In this document: one piece after another, positions 62,605 to 64,000 of the stretch
Layout of the letters: every line of letters starts with the position of its first letter
Numbering within the stretch: position 1 is the stretch's first letter
Source of the DNA: Nibricoccus sp.
GTDB lineage: Bacteria; Verrucomicrobiota; Verrucomicrobiia; Opitutales; Opitutaceae
NCBI GenBank assembly: GCA_047602425.1
Contig: JASGHG010000001.1
Span: 4,160,001-4,224,000, forward strand
Reading direction: 5' to 3'
DNA: 64,000 nt
Program-made: the position numbers and the translations under genes
The notes under the pieces: model-generated
Told to the model about the DNA's origin: nothing
The model's input: only the letters and a program-made list of their open reading frames with translations
The model's database searches: none

Positions 62605-64000
62605 ATGGAATCTCGTTCGCAAAATGAAGTCATCATCGAAGGCATCTCCGCGTCCCAAGGGATCGCCTACGGCCCAATCTTCCTGTACATCCAAAGCGAT
62701 GTAGAAATTCCTTCCTACGAAGTTGCGCCGGACAAACGCATCGACGAGATCGCCCGTTTCGAGCACGCCTTGCTCATCACCCGCCAGCAGATCCAAAAGA
62801 TCCAAGACGAGGTAGAAAAAAATCTAGGGCCTGAAGAAGCGCGCATTTTCGACGCGCATTTGCTCGTGATCGAAGACCAGGCGTTGATCACGGAAACGAT
62901 TCGCGACTTCGAAAATACAGGCATCAACATCGAAACCTGTTTCAACAACGTCTCGCAGCGCTACATCAAGGCCTTCGACGAGATTGACGACGAATATCTC
63001 CGCGAACGCGCTGGCGATATCCGCGACGTCGCCCAGCGCGTGTTGAATAACCTTCTCGGTCAGGCCGGACAGAATCTCAGCAAACTCGCGGACAAACGCG
63101 TCGTCATCGCCAACGACATCACGCCGTCCGATGCCGCCACGATCGACCGCCGCCAGTGCATCGCGATCGTCACGGACTCGGGTAGCAAGACGAGTCACGC
63201 GGTCATTGTTGCGCGCTCAATGAAAGTCCCCGCGGTCGTCGGTACACGCGATCTTTCCAAACGCATCAAGAGTGGCGATTGGGCGCTCGTCGACGGCTAC
63301 GAGGGTGTGATCATTCTCAATCCGGACGAGCAGACGCTCTTCCGCTACGGCAAGATCCAATTGCAGAAGCGCAACTTCGAACAGCGCCTGATGGAGGCCG
63401 GCCGCCTGCCTGCCGTCACGCTCGACGGAGCCAATGTCATCCTTCGCGCCAATATCGAGAAATCCGATGAAGTGGCGGGCGTGAAAGAATATCTCGCCGA
63501 CGGTGTCGGTCTTTTCCGCTCCGAATTTTTATATCTCAACCTCAACCGTGTGCCGACCGAGGAAGAGCAATTTCAGTCGTTCAAGACGGTGGCTGAAAAC
63601 CTTGCGCCTTCGACCGTGATCATCCGCACGCTCGATCTTGGTGGCGATAAGCCGATGGCGGGTAATCCCGAACTCTTTCCGCAAGAGTCGAACCCCTTTC
63701 TCGGTTTTCGCGCGATCCGCTTTTGCCTCGAACATCGCGAACTGTTCAAGGACCAGCTCCGCGCCATCCTCCGAGCCAGCGCCTTCGGCAAAATCAAGCT
63801 GATGTACCCGATGATCAGTGGTTCGGAAGAACTGGCCCGGGCCAACGTCATGCTCAACGAATGCCGCGAGGAACTGCGAAAAAAAGGGGTGGCCTTCGAC
63901 GAGAAAATGCCGATCGGCGCAATGATCGAAATCCCCAGCGCCGCTTACACCGCCGACATCCTCGCCAAGGAATGCGATTTTTTCAGCATCGGAACCAACG
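62605..64000 (+). CDS. ptsI: Phosphoenolpyruvate-protein phosphotransferase (PTS enzyme I), 3' partial
   Basis: Manual translation from the ATG at 62605: GISASQGIAYG, YLRERAGDIRDV, GSKTSHAVIVARS, GVGLFRSEF, IRTLDLGGDK, NPFLGFRAIR, MIEIP and FFSIGTN. Absent from the ORF track because it has no stop in the window. Confidence 0.96.
   Translation, partial: MESRSQNEVIIEGISASQGIAYGPIFLYIQSDVEIPSYEVAPDKRIDEIARFEHALLITRQQIQKIQDEVEKNLGPEEARIFDAHLLVIEDQALITETIRDFENTGINIETCFNNVSQRYIKAFDEIDDEYLRERAGDIRDVAQRVLNNLLGQAGQNLSKLADKRVVIANDITPSDAATIDRRQCIAIVTDSGSKTSHAVIVARSMKVPAVVGTRDLSKRIKSGDWALVDGYEGVIILNPDEQTLFRYGKIQLQKRNFEQRLMEAGRLPAVTLDGANVILRANIEKSDEVAGVKEYLADGVGLFRSEFLYLNLNRVPTEEEQFQSFKTVAENLAPSTVIIRTLDLGGDKPMAGNPELFPQESNPFLGFRAIRFCLEHRELFKDQLRAILRASAFGKIKLMYPMISGSEELARANVMLNECREELRKKGVAFDEKMPIGAMIEIPSAAYTADILAKECDFFSIGTN

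Overview
GC-rich bacterial chromosomal window, most likely Verrucomicrobia (Opitutaceae-like; inferred from gene style, not proven). It is mostly housekeeping DNA: end of a SulP/STAS gene, secreted GH12 glucanase, tRNA-Ser(GGA), nuoBCDEFGHIJKLMN (no nuoA), tandem-domain ThyX, RsmB-family methyltransferase, lptD, glgB, sppA, sufT, hrpA, pepF, two corA, a frameshifted S46 peptidase, a small surface-glycosylation cluster, two OppA-type binding proteins, ispF/ispD/pyrF/ispE and the start of ptsI. I saw no CRISPR array, integrase or transposase. The most striking unexplained structure is a set of small palindromic repeat families. (1) An 80-aa GIY-YIG nuclease gene directly behind the tRNA-Ser 3' end is bracketed by 39-bp direct repeats made of a bulged hairpin, and related hairpins recur elsewhere, including in frame inside hrpA. 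(2) 7-bp tandem/inverted arrays are inserted in frame in hrpA and in an OppA leader. (3) Inverted-arm elements sit in four nuo intergenic gaps, with sister copies about 40 kb away. (4) There are GTAG/GGAG REP-like doublets. All calls come from motif recognition by eye; no database searches were run.
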